From Octopus sinensis (lineage: Eukaryota): a stretch of 64,000 nt of DNA. The DNA is taken from the NCBI RefSeq assembly GCF_006345805.1, contig NC_043002.1, positions 59,148,001 through 59,212,000 of the forward strand, in the 5' to 3' direction. How positions within the stretch are numbered: position 1 is the first letter of the stretch; each line of letters starts with the position of its first letter. The notes beneath the pieces were generated by a model. It did not search any database. It had not been told where the DNA came from and worked only from the letters and a program-made list of their open reading frames with translations. Made by a program: the position numbers and the translations under genes. Below, one piece after another: positions 14,809-27,105 of this stretch.

Positions 14809-15040
14809 CAGGGTGCAAGGCAGCAAGCTGGCAGAAACCTTAGCACGCCAGGCAAAATGCTTAGTGGTATTTCGTCTGTCTTTATGCTCCAAGTTCAAAT
14901 TCTGCTGAAGTTGACTTTGCCTTTCATCCTTTTGGGGTCAATAGATTAAGTACCAGTTGCATACTGGAGTTGATTTAATTGACTGGCCTCCTCCCCCAAA
15001 ATTTCAGGCCTTGTGCCTAGAGTAGAAAAGGATACATATA

Positions 15041-15324
15041 CAGGGTGTGGTGAATATATCATCATCTAAATTATGCAAAAATGAAAATAATATTGACATC
15101 TCATTTTGACAGAAATATTTACCCAAATTACATAAAAAATATCTTGAAATACTAAAGAGTAAATTTATTCAATAAAATTGCCACTGGCTTCAACCATGGC
15201 CTCCAGATGATTTTGGAATTTCCTGCAACTAACCCTACTATGCTGTGTAGTTGATAAAATCAAAAACAAACAGTGTGCATTTGCAAAATTAAAATATAAA
15301 ATGGCAACAGTTTACCCATCACAC

Positions 15325-15330
<6 letters not shown>
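15041..15330 (-). mobile_element. Internally deleted Tc1/mariner derivative
   Basis: TA-CAGGGTG ... CACTCTG termini; minus strand retains CRKFQNHLEAMVEASGNFIE*, a transposase C-terminus. Confidence 0.7.
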
Positions 15331-15364
<34 letters not shown>

Positions 15365-15842
15365 TGTGTATATGTGTGTTTGTGTAATTGTATGTGTGTG
15401 TGTATTTGTGTATGTATATCTATATGTCTGTGTGTGTGTGTATGTATGTATGTGTGATTGTGTACATTTGTGTGTGTATATATGTGTGTGTATATGTATG
15501 TCTGTGTGTATATGTATGTGTGTGTATATGTATATGTCAATGTGTGTCTGTGTGTGTTTTTGTGTCAGTGTTTATCCTCCCCTCACTGCTTGATAGCCAG
15601 TGTTGATTTGTTCACATCCTCATAACTTATTATTCCGGCAGAGATGGCTAGAATGAGTACCAGACTTAAAAGGAAAAATAAATTAACTAATACCCTTCAA
15701 GGTGGTGCTCCAGCAAGGCCACAATCCAAAGTAAATGACAAAAAGAGAAGTAAAAGATAAGTAATATGTACAGACGCACACACATGGTCACCTTCTCCAT
15801 GTACTGAAATACTTTCCTAAATAGACATACACTTCATTTTAA

Positions 15843-15924
15843 AGTCTCTGAGGAAGCTATGAGGTGATGCACAAACACTCAGCTCTGAGTGCTCTGCTTC
15901 TTATAGCAGAAACGGCTGTAAGCT
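15843..15924 (+). ncRNA. Hammerhead-ribozyme-like motif (Penelope-type, degenerate)
   Basis: CTGAGGA 15848-15854, stem II GCTATGAG/CTTATAGC, GAAAC 15909-15913, quasi-palindromic stem III ACGGCTGT, GTA triplet; stem I weak. Confidence 0.55.
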
Positions 15925-16099
15925 AATGAAGTTAATTATGTAATTCCTGTTCCCTTGTCATTCAATTAATTCTCATTATGCTCTGTACTCTCTTAACATT
16001 TTATTCTGATGCATATATATATTGAACACTAATACCAGGTAATTAGTATTGTTATGCCGAAGCACAATCATAAAATATATATGTGTATATATACATATA

Positions 16100-16489
16100 G
16101 GCGCAGGAGTGGCTGTGTGGTAAGTAGCTTGCTTACCAACCACATTGTTCCGGGTTCAGTCCCACTGCATGGCACCTTGGGTAAGTGTCTTCTACTATAG
16201 CCTTGGGCTGACCAAAGCCTTGTGAGTGGATTTGGTAGATGGAAACTGAAAGAAGCCCGTTGTATATATGTGTGTGTGTGTTTTTGTGTGTCTGTGTTTG
16301 TCCAACAAACATTGCTTGACAACCGATGCTGGTGTGTTTACGTCCCCGTAACTTAGCAGTTCGGCAAAAGAGACCAATAAGAATAAGTACTAGGCTTACA
16401 AAGAATAAGTCCTGGGGTCGATTTACTCAACTAAAGTCGGTGCTCCAGCATGGCCGCACTCAACTGAAACAAGTAAAAGAGTAAAGAGT
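16100..16489 (+). mobile_element. Full-length, well preserved family A SINE
   Basis: Complete head, internal (TA)/(TG) tract, body and (GTAAAAGA)n tail. Confidence 0.9.
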
Positions 16490-17998
16490 ATATGTATATG
16501 GCATATTTGTAATGCACGGGGGCCAATAAAGCAGATCTGGCATCAGCCATGTTCGGATGGTGCTTTTTACTTGCCACCAGCATGAGAGCCAGTCAAGCAG
16601 ACCTAGCATCGACCACATTCAATGGTGCTTTTTACATGCCACCGGTACGGGAGCCAGTCAGGATCCCATAGCAATATCGTAGCCACAGCGACGATATTGG
16701 TTTTACTTGACTCAACAGGTCTGCTTAAGCATATTATATCACCCGATGCACCAGGGGTACTCTTAACTGGGCCGGACATGCATGGTTGCAATCTCACTTT
16801 AATTGCTGGGTCTTCTCAATATATATATATATATATATATATAATTTGTAGAAAAATATATCTTGGATGTTGTGTGAGTGTGTGGATTCATGTATTTAAG
16901 GGTGAGGTGTAATTTATTTGTAAATGTGGAATTAATCTGCATGCTGTCGCCTTTGCATGCATATAAGTGTGCATATTGGTCATTAGGGATTGAATATGTT
17001 GATGACGACAATGATGACGGTGTTTATAATTGTGAGTAAGCATGTATGCATGATCAAAGCTGTGTGTGGGCATATAAATGTGTACATGTGTGTGTATTGT
17101 GTGATATTGTAAAATGACTATTACGATATAAAACACATTTTGTGTATAGAAATGTTGAAAAAGAACTGACGTAGATTTTTATACAATAAAACGTACAATA
17201 AAGCATATCAAGGCTTTGTAGCAGTTATATAAAGCAAGTTTCAAATAAATATACCCACCCATCTTGGGGCACACAGGCACACACACACTGTCTCTCTCTC
17301 TCTCTCACTCAGTATGACTTTTTTACATCATAAAGTACCTGACATAGTTTGCATATATATTATCACACAGCAGTCATAGCTGTGTAGTAAAATGCTTCTT
17401 TCCCAACCACATGGTTCCAGGTTCAGTCCCACTGTTTGGCCCTTTGGGCAAGTGTCTTCTATTATAGCCTTCAATCGATCAAAACTGTGTGGGTGAATTT
17501 GTGTGACAGAAACTGAAAGAAGCCCATCGTGTGTGTGTCTTTGAGTCTGTGTTTGTCCTCCACCACTGCTTGACAACTGGTGTTGGTGTGTTTACGTCCC
17601 CTGTAACTTAGTGGTTTGGCAATAGAGACTGACAGAATGAGTATCGAGCTTAAAAACTAGAGAAGTACTGGTGTTGATTCATTCAACTAAAAATCCTTCA
17701 TGGTAGTGCTCTAGCATGGCCACACTCAAATGATTAAAACAAGTAACAGATAATGTTAGTGCTTTGCAACAGTAATGCAAAGACACAGTATTCAGACTCA
17801 CATTTATGAGTGAACACACATACATATACACACACACGAATGCAAACACAGGCACACACACCTAAACACACACGTATGCGAACACAGACACACACGCAAA
17901 TGCAGACAGGTGCATACACACACACACAAATAAAGGCAAACACACACACACACACACACACAAATGAATGCAAACATAGACACACACACAGACACACA

Positions 17999-18049
<51 letters not shown>

Positions 18050-18840
18050 TGTGAGCATACACATACAGACACAAATATACACAGATGGACATGCAAATGC
18101 TCTGACCAACACACACACACACACACACACTCACACGCTGTCTCTTGTTGTGTCGCTCTCTCCCTCTCTCGCTCAGGAAGTCTTATGTCATAAAATACTA
18201 AGAAATATCTGATACAGTTTACATATACGTAAGTGTATTGTAGCAGTAACACAAAGTCACAGTATGTAACACCACACACACATAGAGGAACACATACACT
18301 GCATCTCCATTGGCTATGACAAAGAGGATCCTATTTGGTTCAGTCGATGGCACACCCTGTGCACAATTCTTTTCTACTCTAAGGCACAAGGCCCGAAATT
18401 TTGGGGGAGCGGGGGGGGTCAGTCGATTAGATCAACCCCAGTATGTAACTGGTACTTAATTTGTCGATCCTGAAAGAATGAAACACAAGGTTGACCTCAG
18501 TGGAATTTGAACTCAGAATGTAAAGACAGACAAACACCCTGGGCAAAATTAATGTGCAAATGGCTGAGTACTCCATAGACACACAACCCATAATGTTGTT
18601 CTCAGAGAGATTCAGCATGACAGGGAATGTGACAAGGGTGGCCCTTTGAATTACAGGTCTAACTCATTTTTTGCCAGCTGAGTGGACTGGAGCAACATGA
18701 AATAAAGTGTCTTGCTCAAGAACACAACACGTTGCTAGGAATTGAACTCATCACCTCATGATTGTGAGCTGAATACCCTAACCACTAACCCACATGCCTT
18801 CATTTTAAGTTGTTATATACAGTAGTGGCCAAAAAAAAAA

Positions 18841-19179
18841 TTATGTGAAGGTGCATGGCTCAGTGGTTAGAGCATTGAGCTTATGATCATGAGGTTGTGA
18901 GTTCGATTCCCAGGCTGGGCTGTGTGTTGTGTTCTTTATTTCATGTTGCTCCAGTTCACTCAGCTGTAGAAATGAGTTGTGACATCGCTGGTGCCAAGCT
19001 GTATCAGCCCCTTTTACTTTTCACTTGGATAACATCGGTTGCATGGAGAGGAGAGGCTGGTATGCATGGGTGACTGCTTGTCTTCCATAAACAATCTTGC
19101 CTGGACTTGTGCCTTGGTGGGTAACTTTCTAGGTGCAATCCCATGGTCATTCATGACTGAAGGGGAGTCACCCTCATCC
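18841..19179 (+). mobile_element. tRNA-derived SINE (family E) inserted in the Tc1 left TIR
   Basis: A-box TGGCTCAGTGG, B-box GAGTTCGATTCC; 11-bp TSD AGTGGCCAAAA at 18824-18834 and 19180-19190. Confidence 0.85.
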
Positions 19180-19489
19180 AGTGGCCAAAATTAGAGAGCA
19201 GAAATAAAATTTAAAGATGTTTACATTTCTACTTCATTTTTCCAAATGGGATTTTTACCGTATATAACTTAAAGTGTGTTTATTATTTACAATAAATTTT
19301 GTAGGGACGTGATTAATAATTAAATGATTTATAATAGAGAAAATGTTTATTTGAAAAATACAAGATGGACAAAATTAGAGAATGTATGGTGTAAAATTCA
19401 AAAAGTAAAGTCTGGCAACACTCCAACAGATGTAAACTGTTGACCTAACCGTGCGAAGATTTATATTTAACAGTAAGTGAATTAACAAT

Positions 19490-20492
19490 CATGGAAAACC
19501 AATGCAAAGGTGATAGAAGCAAGTGGTCACATTGAAAAAGGAAGGAATGACAATTTCTGTTATTGCCAGGGACATTAACTGATCAAAGAGTGTTGTTCGA
19601 AGAATACCGAAGCTTATGAGGAAACAAGTTCATTTATGTTATTAGAAAAATGAGGGAGATAACAGAACAAGTGTTCAGCAAGACTGTGTGGTTCAGAGGC
19701 TGTCATTAAGAGACCATTTTAGGATTACTGCAGGAATTTCTTGCCAAGTAAATTGTGATTACGGAATGAATGTGCCTTGGAAGACTGGCTCGTCATTTGA
19801 AGGAAGTCAAACTTCATGCCGATTCCTCTGCCACAAAATCTCTTATCAATATGAAGAACTGAAAAGCAAGGTTAGTCTTTGCCAATGAGTACATACTTTG
19901 GATGGACGACAACAGGTCGTGTGTGTTCTTCAGTGATGAAAGCAAGTTCAATTTGGTTGGCTCTGATGGTAGACAATATGTGAGATATTGTAAAAGTGAA
20001 AGATTGGTCCCGAAATGCATGAAGAAATCAGTAGAGTTTAGAGGTGTGGGTTTAATGGTGTGAGAAATAATTTCTGCAGTAGGCGTTGGGCCCTTGAGCC
20101 AGATCCCTGATAATGTGAATGCAATCATATACAAAAACATCATTCTGCAGCATTTTGTGCCAGCTATGAGGTCATTGCTAACTTGTCAGCCAATCTTTAT
20201 GCAGGATAATGTGCCATGTCACAGTGCTGAAATAGTTAAGGAGAGGTTTGAAACTGAAAACCTTACTGTGATGCATTGCTCAGCTCAAAACCCTGACCTT
20301 AATCCCATTGAAAACTTATGAAAGATACATGGTGGTAAGATCAGAGAGCACTGACCTGTGAATGTTACAATTTTGTGGGAAAAACTTCAGGAAGAATGGA
20401 ATAAAATTATGTCAGAACAATGTGAGAAATTGGTCAAATCCTGCGGATGGAGATGTGCTGAAGAAATTTCAAATAAAGGAGTGTACACATGA
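19490..20492 (+). pseudogene. Decayed Tc1 (DD34E-type) transposase
   Basis: Motifs VFFSDESKFNLVGSDGRQYVR, FMQDNVPCH, NPDLNPIENL with multiple stops and frameshifts. Confidence 0.9.
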
Positions 20493-21180
20493 TGATGATG
20501 ATGATGATGATTTATGTGGATTGTAAAAATTTCTGGCAAACTTTTGAGTTTTTGAATTTTACGTCATATATTTTCTCATTTTGTCCATCTTGTATTTCTC
20601 AAGTAAACATTTTTTTTATGTCATAAATTATTTAGTTATTAATCACTTCCTACAAAATTTATTGTAAAGAATGAACATACTTTAAAGTATATACAATAGA
20701 AAAAAATCATTCAGATAAATGAAGTAGAAAGGTAAATAGCTTTATTTTTGTTTCTTAATTTTGGCCACTACTGTATGTTATGTTCTATACATGTATATCG
20801 ATTTATATAGCTGGAGGTGATGTAAAATGTATAGTTTATGAAAGAGGGCTGGAAGTATTGGTCAGTATGAAAGACATCAGTGAAATCTGAGATGGGATGT
20901 GAGTGGACAATGATGATAATGTTCATGATGAAGATAATGATGATGATGATAACAATAATAACAGTGAGAGTGATGATGGCTAAGATGATGTATTAGGTGA
21001 ACATGTATGACCAGGGGATGGTCATAGTTGGAGAAAACTGTGAAAGATCTAGGAAGAGGTTGTGAGGCCAGAATATTAATATTTTGTGAACAACAGAAAG
21101 GAGGAGGCTGAAATAAAAAACAAACAAAAAAACCCAGATATGGTTCACTGAACCCTTTGTAGTATGAAAAGAAACTGATA

Positions 21181-21810
21181 TTAACCCTTTCCATCCTAAT
21201 CCACTTATGACCACCCCTGGTTCGATGTTACATGCTTCATGTTTTAAAAGGATTTAAGTCAAAATTTCTTGTTAATTTGTTTCAAACACCAGTTTAATAA
21301 TGTCAGTTATTTAATAAGTTCTTAATTATTTTCAAAATTAATTGTAATGAGGGTAGAACATTTCTACAGAAATATTGTAATAAAATGGTTAAATCTTTTG
21401 CTGCCAACCTGGCTGGATCTGCTTCAAGTTCTTGTGCTATTTTAAAGTGATTTAAATAAAATCTAAATAACAGCCTACCATCAAGATTTCATGTTAATTT
21501 ATGTTCCAGATATCTGCTTAATAATGACACATTAATTTTACTAAATTCTTCATTATCTAAAAAATTAATTGAATCAAAAGCAGTGTATCTTGATAGAAAG
21601 ATGCTAACAAAAAATGGTCAAGTGATACAAATTGAAATCTTCTGCCAAACTTACATGCTAATTTATGTCCCAAATACCAACTTACTAAAAACAAAATTTT
21701 TGTTGTGTCTTGGGAAAAACAAAGTTATTTCAATAACTTTCTCATAACTTTCAAAATTAATTAAAAGAAAAGTCATTTGCTTTAACAGAAATATCAGAAG
21801 AAAAGCCTTA
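21181..21810. mobile_element. Three tandem degenerate copies of a piggyBac-like MITE
   Basis: Each unit of about 210 bp resembles 29994-30213; TTAACCC start and GGTTAA/GGTCAA/CCTTAA unit ends. Confidence 0.65.
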
Positions 21811-21869
21811 AAATAATACTAGTGCTGATGATGATGATGTTGTTGAAGTTCTTAGCAAAGCAAAATGTA

Positions 21870-22155
21870 CTGGGTTGTCCGGAAGGATCGTGCCGATTTT
21901 TAAAGGAAACAAAAAGGTCAATAAATACTTGCTATTACATTTTTAATCAACCAAATATGAACCATTTTGTTGCACAATGCGTCTCCATCTTTCTTTTAAC
22001 TTGAAAATACCTTCTTCCCAGAATTGAGGTGGTTTCATGGCAAAGAATTCATCAAGGTATCTTTTTATGTCATCCAAGGAATTGAAATTTTTACCATTAA
22101 GACTATTCTGCAGAGACCTGAATAAGTAGGAGCAATATCTGGAGATAGCAGTGAT
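21870..22155 (-). mobile_element. mariner 3' fragment (TIR plus transposase C-terminus)
   Basis: TA-CTGGGTTGTCCGGAA TIR; YLFRSLQNSLNGKNFNSLDDIKRYLDEFFAMKPPQFWEEGIFKLKERWRRIVQQNGSY. Confidence 0.9.
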
Positions 22156-22212
22156 ATCTAACACAACACCCATTTCTAAGTGGGGTTAAATATTTTGGTA
22201 TTAATGTCACTT

Positions 22213-22727
22213 TGTCCTCATATTGTTTGTTAACACAACGTTTTGGCTGATATACCTTCCAGCCTTTGTCAGGTGTCTTGGGGAAATTTTGAACCTGGTT
22301 TCTCATACCTAAGGTATTTTTCGATATTATTATTATTATTACTATTATTATTATTATTCAGGTCACTGTCTGGAATCGAACTCTGAATCTTGGGGTTAGT
22401 AGCCCGCACTCTTAACTGCTATGCCATATGCCCATGGACCCTAACCCTAACCCACAGCATATGGCGTAGTGGTTAAGAGTGCAGGCTACTAACCCGAAGA
22501 ATCCGAGTTTGATTCCGGGTAGTGACCTGAATAATAATGATAATAATAATAACATCGAATAATACCTTAGGAATGAGAACCCAGGTTCAAAATTTCTCCA
22601 AGACACCTGATGATGGCTGGAGGGTATATCAGCCGAAAATGTTGTGTTAACAACAAACAAGATGAGGATAAGTATCTGTCAAACGTAAATAATGTAAATA
22701 ATTCCTCATCTCTTAAATATAGAACTG
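22213..22727. mobile_element. Family D fold-back element: two head-to-head tRNA-like + hammerhead arms
   Basis: Inverted arms around about 22445; A-box TGGCGTAGTGG 22462-22472, B-box GAGTTTGATTCC 22505-22516, CTGATGA 22607-22613; perfect 11-bp TSD TAATGTCACTT (22202-22212, 22728-22738). Confidence 0.9.
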
Positions 22728-22779
22728 TAATGTCACTTCTGTCACCAATAATTATGATTTATTTATCTATTTATTTCAG

Positions 22780-22827
22780 GTGCCAAATGAGAAAGCGATG
22801 TCAGAATCTGACCTTTCTGCGATCAAA
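22780..22827 (+). CDS. Putative internal exon (48 nt, phase 0-0): VPNEKAMSESDLSAIK
   Basis: Acceptor ttatttcag, donor AAA|gtaagt, non-repetitive, open frame that joins the next exon. Confidence 0.7.
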
Positions 22828-23238
22828 GTAAGTTACCGCTTTTGCAGTCTATGTTATTTGGTCTATAGATTTGATCTGTGGTATTTGTTTTCTTAGAACT
22901 ATACTTACGTTTATGGATGGTCATCATATTTGTAAAGTTTATGAAACTCCTGTATGATTTTTACACGTACGAGTGTACGTGGTTAGGAAGCTTACTTCCC
23001 AATCATATGGTTGTGTGTTCAATCCCACTGTGTGGCACCATGAGAACATGTCGTTTTTACTATGGCTCCCGGTTGACCAAAGGGTGCCATCCACCACCCT
23101 TGATATTATGTAATATCTATCCTGAACCAAGAACAGAGACTGCATGAGGTCATGCTATGTATTTAAAATAGTAGCCAAATCACATTTGAATCACAATTTA
23201 AAAAGAGGAACAGCCTACTGGATAATGTTGTTATAGAT

Positions 23239-23551
23239 CAGTGGTTTTCAGCCAGGGTCCACGTGACTCCTGGGGATCTTTATAAGATTTTTGGGGGTCA
23301 ACATAAACAAAATAGTAAATGGGTCCACAGTATTATTTTAAGGGTCCATGAAGAATTTTTCTTTAGATGTAGTTATTGTAAGAAACAGCCAGGTTTCTTC
23401 TCTAACATTTTACCCAGTTCCCTCTACACAGCTGAATATGTGTACAAAATAGGAATTTTGAAATATCTATAAAACTGAATGGGTATGGGGGTCCATCTGA
23501 GTAAAATGGCAATCAAAGGTTCCATAAACAAAAAATGGTTGAGAACCACCG
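23239..23551. mobile_element. hAT MITE
   Basis: CAGTGGTTTTCAGCC ... GGTTGAGAACCACCG; 8-bp TSD TTATAGAT / TCTTAGAT; related to 56882-57797. Confidence 0.85.
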
Positions 23552-23932
23552 TCTTAGATAAACAATATTGGGACATTTCAAAACCTGAGTTAGTGACTGA
23601 GTATGTAATGTGACACCAGGGGAGATGGACCCGCTAGTTTTAGTTAGAACCACCATTTGGGAGATGTAAAATTTCAAATTTAGCCCCTACTGTCTTACGG
23701 GTATGATTGGGACTTGCGATAGACATTGGTAGACCTCCATCTCAGGATCAAGTAGTTTTATGTACCTGTGAGTGCTAGAGATAACAGAACACTACCTATA
23801 TTTCATTGACCCTGAAAGGATGAAAGGCAAAATGAACCTCAGTGAAATGTAAAGAGCTAGAACAAAAAACACAAAGCATTTTCCCAATGCTCTACTGATT
23901 CTGTGAGTTCACTATCGTTATGTCATTAAATA

Positions 23933-25229
23933 TAGGGTGTTTGGGTTATGTTTGACAGTTTGCATAAAAAGAAAAGAAAAAATGCTGTATCCCATCCAAA
24001 CATTATAGTATATTTTAAAAATCAAAAGGTATCAACTGGACCACGACTGGGAGATAAACTGTTTACTCAAAATAGCCACCCTCATCTTCCATCATCACTT
24101 CAAAACATCTCTGGAACCTGGCACATATGTTCTTCACTCGGTCTTTGGGAAGATCTTTGAACACCTCCTTGATCTTGGTGTTGCAAGCAGCGTGGTTGGT
24201 GTCTCTATCAATTGTGCCCCCCTCCCCACCACAGTAATCTAAGGAATTACAATCAGGGGAACCAGGAAGCCAAAAATTGGGATTGGTGAAGTTGTAGATA
24301 TTCTCTGAAAAACACTTCTGACTGTTTCCAGAGCTATGGTAAGGAGTTGAATCCTGCTGTCACACATATGGACTTCCAGCAGCAACCTTCTCCAGCCAGG
24401 GATTGACAGCAGTTTTTCCAGCAGTTTCACATAACTGTCTGAATTGAGCCTAAGGCCCTATTCAAGGACGTCAGGCAGTATGATGTCACCTTCATTGGAG
24501 ACACACCAAAAAAACCATCACAGTTTCAAGGAACTTGGTTGTCATGATAGATGGGATATCACATGGATTATAGGCAAGCCGCCTGTCATTTTGGGTGTTC
24601 TGCAATTCGTCCTGGCAGAAATTCTTTTCATCTCAGAAGAACCAGATCGTCCTTGGCTCAACAAGGTCCCTCAGCTGGTTCAGGAGCTCCTTTGTCTTTG
24701 TCAGATGGTTCTATTTGTTGTTGGCTCTCAGAATTTGTCCCTTGTATCTCTTGTATGAGTGGTAGTGTAGGTCGTCATTCATGGCCATCTTCATGATGGT
24801 GACCCCAACACCCATCTCTCTCACCAAAACCTGGATTCACTTGCTCGGATCTTCCATCACCTTGTCCTACAGTTATTGGATGGACTCTGGCATGTGGACA
24901 CATTCAGAATGGTTGCCATATTCCTTTCTGCTGGGCACACCTTCGTAATATCTTCTGCAGTTGTCCCTGTGGTGTCCTACAACCTTTACAATACTCACAG
25001 AGCATTGAACAGCAGGCATGATGTCAGCATTTACCTGGCATAAATCAACATGATACAGTTAACTATTTTCCAATATTCAGATGGCTCCTACGCCTCCATG
25101 TCAAATAACTACAACTTTAATAATTTTTATGCTTTCCGCCACTGTTGACTGTTCACCTATACATCAAGCTGTTCCTGTTAAAAAGAAGACGTTAAAAAAA
25201 CCCCCATCAAATTTAACCTGAACACACTA
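23933..25229 (-). mobile_element. maT/DD37D-type Tc1/mariner transposon, decayed
   Basis: TIRs TAGGGTGTTTGGGTTATGTTTGA / TCAAATTTAACCTGAACACACTA flanked by TA; minus strand reads IWFF*DEKNF, QQDSTPYH, FWLPGSPDCNSLDY across frameshifts. Confidence 0.85.
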
Positions 25230-25499
25230 TATAGACCTCTATTACCAATGATATTGAGGTCTTCTTGGGTTGTAAAGACACACACTCACACATGTACACA
25301 CATACATATGCACACGGCTACATGTATCATTAGAAAAAAAAAAAGAAAAAAATTTTGCATGCTTGAAATCCACCCAATCATGAAATGACTAATTACTGAT
25401 GTAATAAGTACCCCAAATATGATGAATATATATATAAAGCAACAACAATGATTATAATGTTGCATATTACTACTACTACTACTACTACTACGACTTACA

Positions 25500-26100
25500 G
25501 ACACACCAACACACACACAGACACACACATGCACAAATTATATCGCACAGGCACATATATACCTCCACATATACACATCCACACATACATACACACACAA
25601 ATTATTTTACGCTCACACATACACATATATCCCCCCCCAGGCACATACACACACACACAAATTATTTTACCCTCACACATACACATATACACTCCCACAT
25701 ATACACACATGCACACACCAACACACATACACAAATTATTTCACACTCACACTTACGCATATATACCCCCCACATATACACACACATACAAATTATTTCA
25801 CCCTCATACATACACATATACATCCCCCACATATACACCCACCAACACACACACACACACACATACACACATACAAATTATTTTGCACTCACACACAAAC
25901 CCCTCCACACACACTAACACACACACAAATTATTTCACCCTCACACATACACATATACCCCCCCACATATACACCCACCAACACACACAAATTATTTCAC
26001 ACGTACACATATACACCTCCACATATACACCCACCAACACACACAAACTATTTCACCCTCACACATACACATATACATCCCCACACTCCCCTCACACACA
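25500..26100. repeat. Degenerate CA-rich minisatellite with recurring ACAAATTATTT(T/C)AC anchor
   Basis: Anchor recurs about 8 times at 55-80 bp spacing. Confidence 0.8.
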
Positions 26101-26510
26101 CTTTCTCACTGATACCGATGACTATATAATAGACACATTCGGATGGTGACTGTCACTTGTTATGAGTTTGGTCTCCCTTGAGATATTTCAACACAATTTG
26201 GATCAGAAAGGGAAACTAATTTAATTATCTGTTTTGCTATTATTATCTGGTATTTCTGCGATTTAATGAGGCTTGAAAAGACAGAAAGAAAGAAAAAAAT
26301 TCTTTTGTAGCTCTGCCGCTTGTATGGATGCACGCATGTGTGTGTGTGTGTGTGTGTATCTATATATGAGTCACTCACTCTCACTCTCTCTTTCATTTTT
26401 ACACTCTCTCCTTGTCCATCGTTCCCTTCCTCCTTTCTCTCCACTGTAGGCATTTTCGTGTACTTATATATATATGTATGTGTATATATATATATGTCTG
26501 TATGTATGTA

Positions 26511-26554
<44 letters not shown>

Positions 26555-26556
<2 letters not shown>

Positions 26557-26750
26557 TAATTCAAACAAGAAAAAAACACAACAACGCGAGGACGTGGAAC
26601 AAATAAAGTATTATTGGACGCTCAGGAAAGAAGGGAAGAAGGAGGGTTTAACGTTTCGAGCGGAGCTCTTCGTCGGAAACATAGGAGAAGGAAAGATCCC
26701 GAGAAGGGAAGACAGAGGAAAAAAAATAGCCAACGGTACTCACGAGGTCA
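26555..26750 (-). mobile_element. Penelope-like terminal-repeat fragment with hammerhead-like motif (26646-26680)
   Basis: Minus strand: GTTT-CCGACGA-A-GAGC-TCC-GCTC-GAAAC-GTT-AAAC; sits next to a (TA)n tract. Confidence 0.7.
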
Positions 26751-27028
26751 TATATGTATGTATGTCTGTATATATGTGTGTGTGTGTGTGTATGTATGTA
26801 TATATATATATATTTAGGCGCAGGAGTAAATGTGTAGTAAGTAGCTTGCTTACTAACCACATGGTTCTGGGTTCAGTCACACTGCGTGGCACCTACTATA
26901 GCCTTGGGCTGACCAAAGCCTTGTGAGTGGATATGGTAAATGGAAACTGGAAGAAACCTACTATATATATATATATATATATACACACTCACACATACAC
27001 ATATACGCACGCACACACATACATATAT

Positions 27029-27105
<77 letters not shown>

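Larger units (their letters stand above)
18820..20773 (+). mobile_element. Tc1-like DNA transposon with long (about 230 bp) TIRs
   Basis: TA-CAGTAGTGGCCAAAA ... TTTTGGCCACTACTG-TA; arms 19180-19415 and 20535-20773 are inverted copies. Confidence 0.92.

Noticed and set aside
22456-22528. Functional tRNA gene
   Set aside because: A and B boxes present but no proper acceptor stem; it is the head of a dispersed repeat
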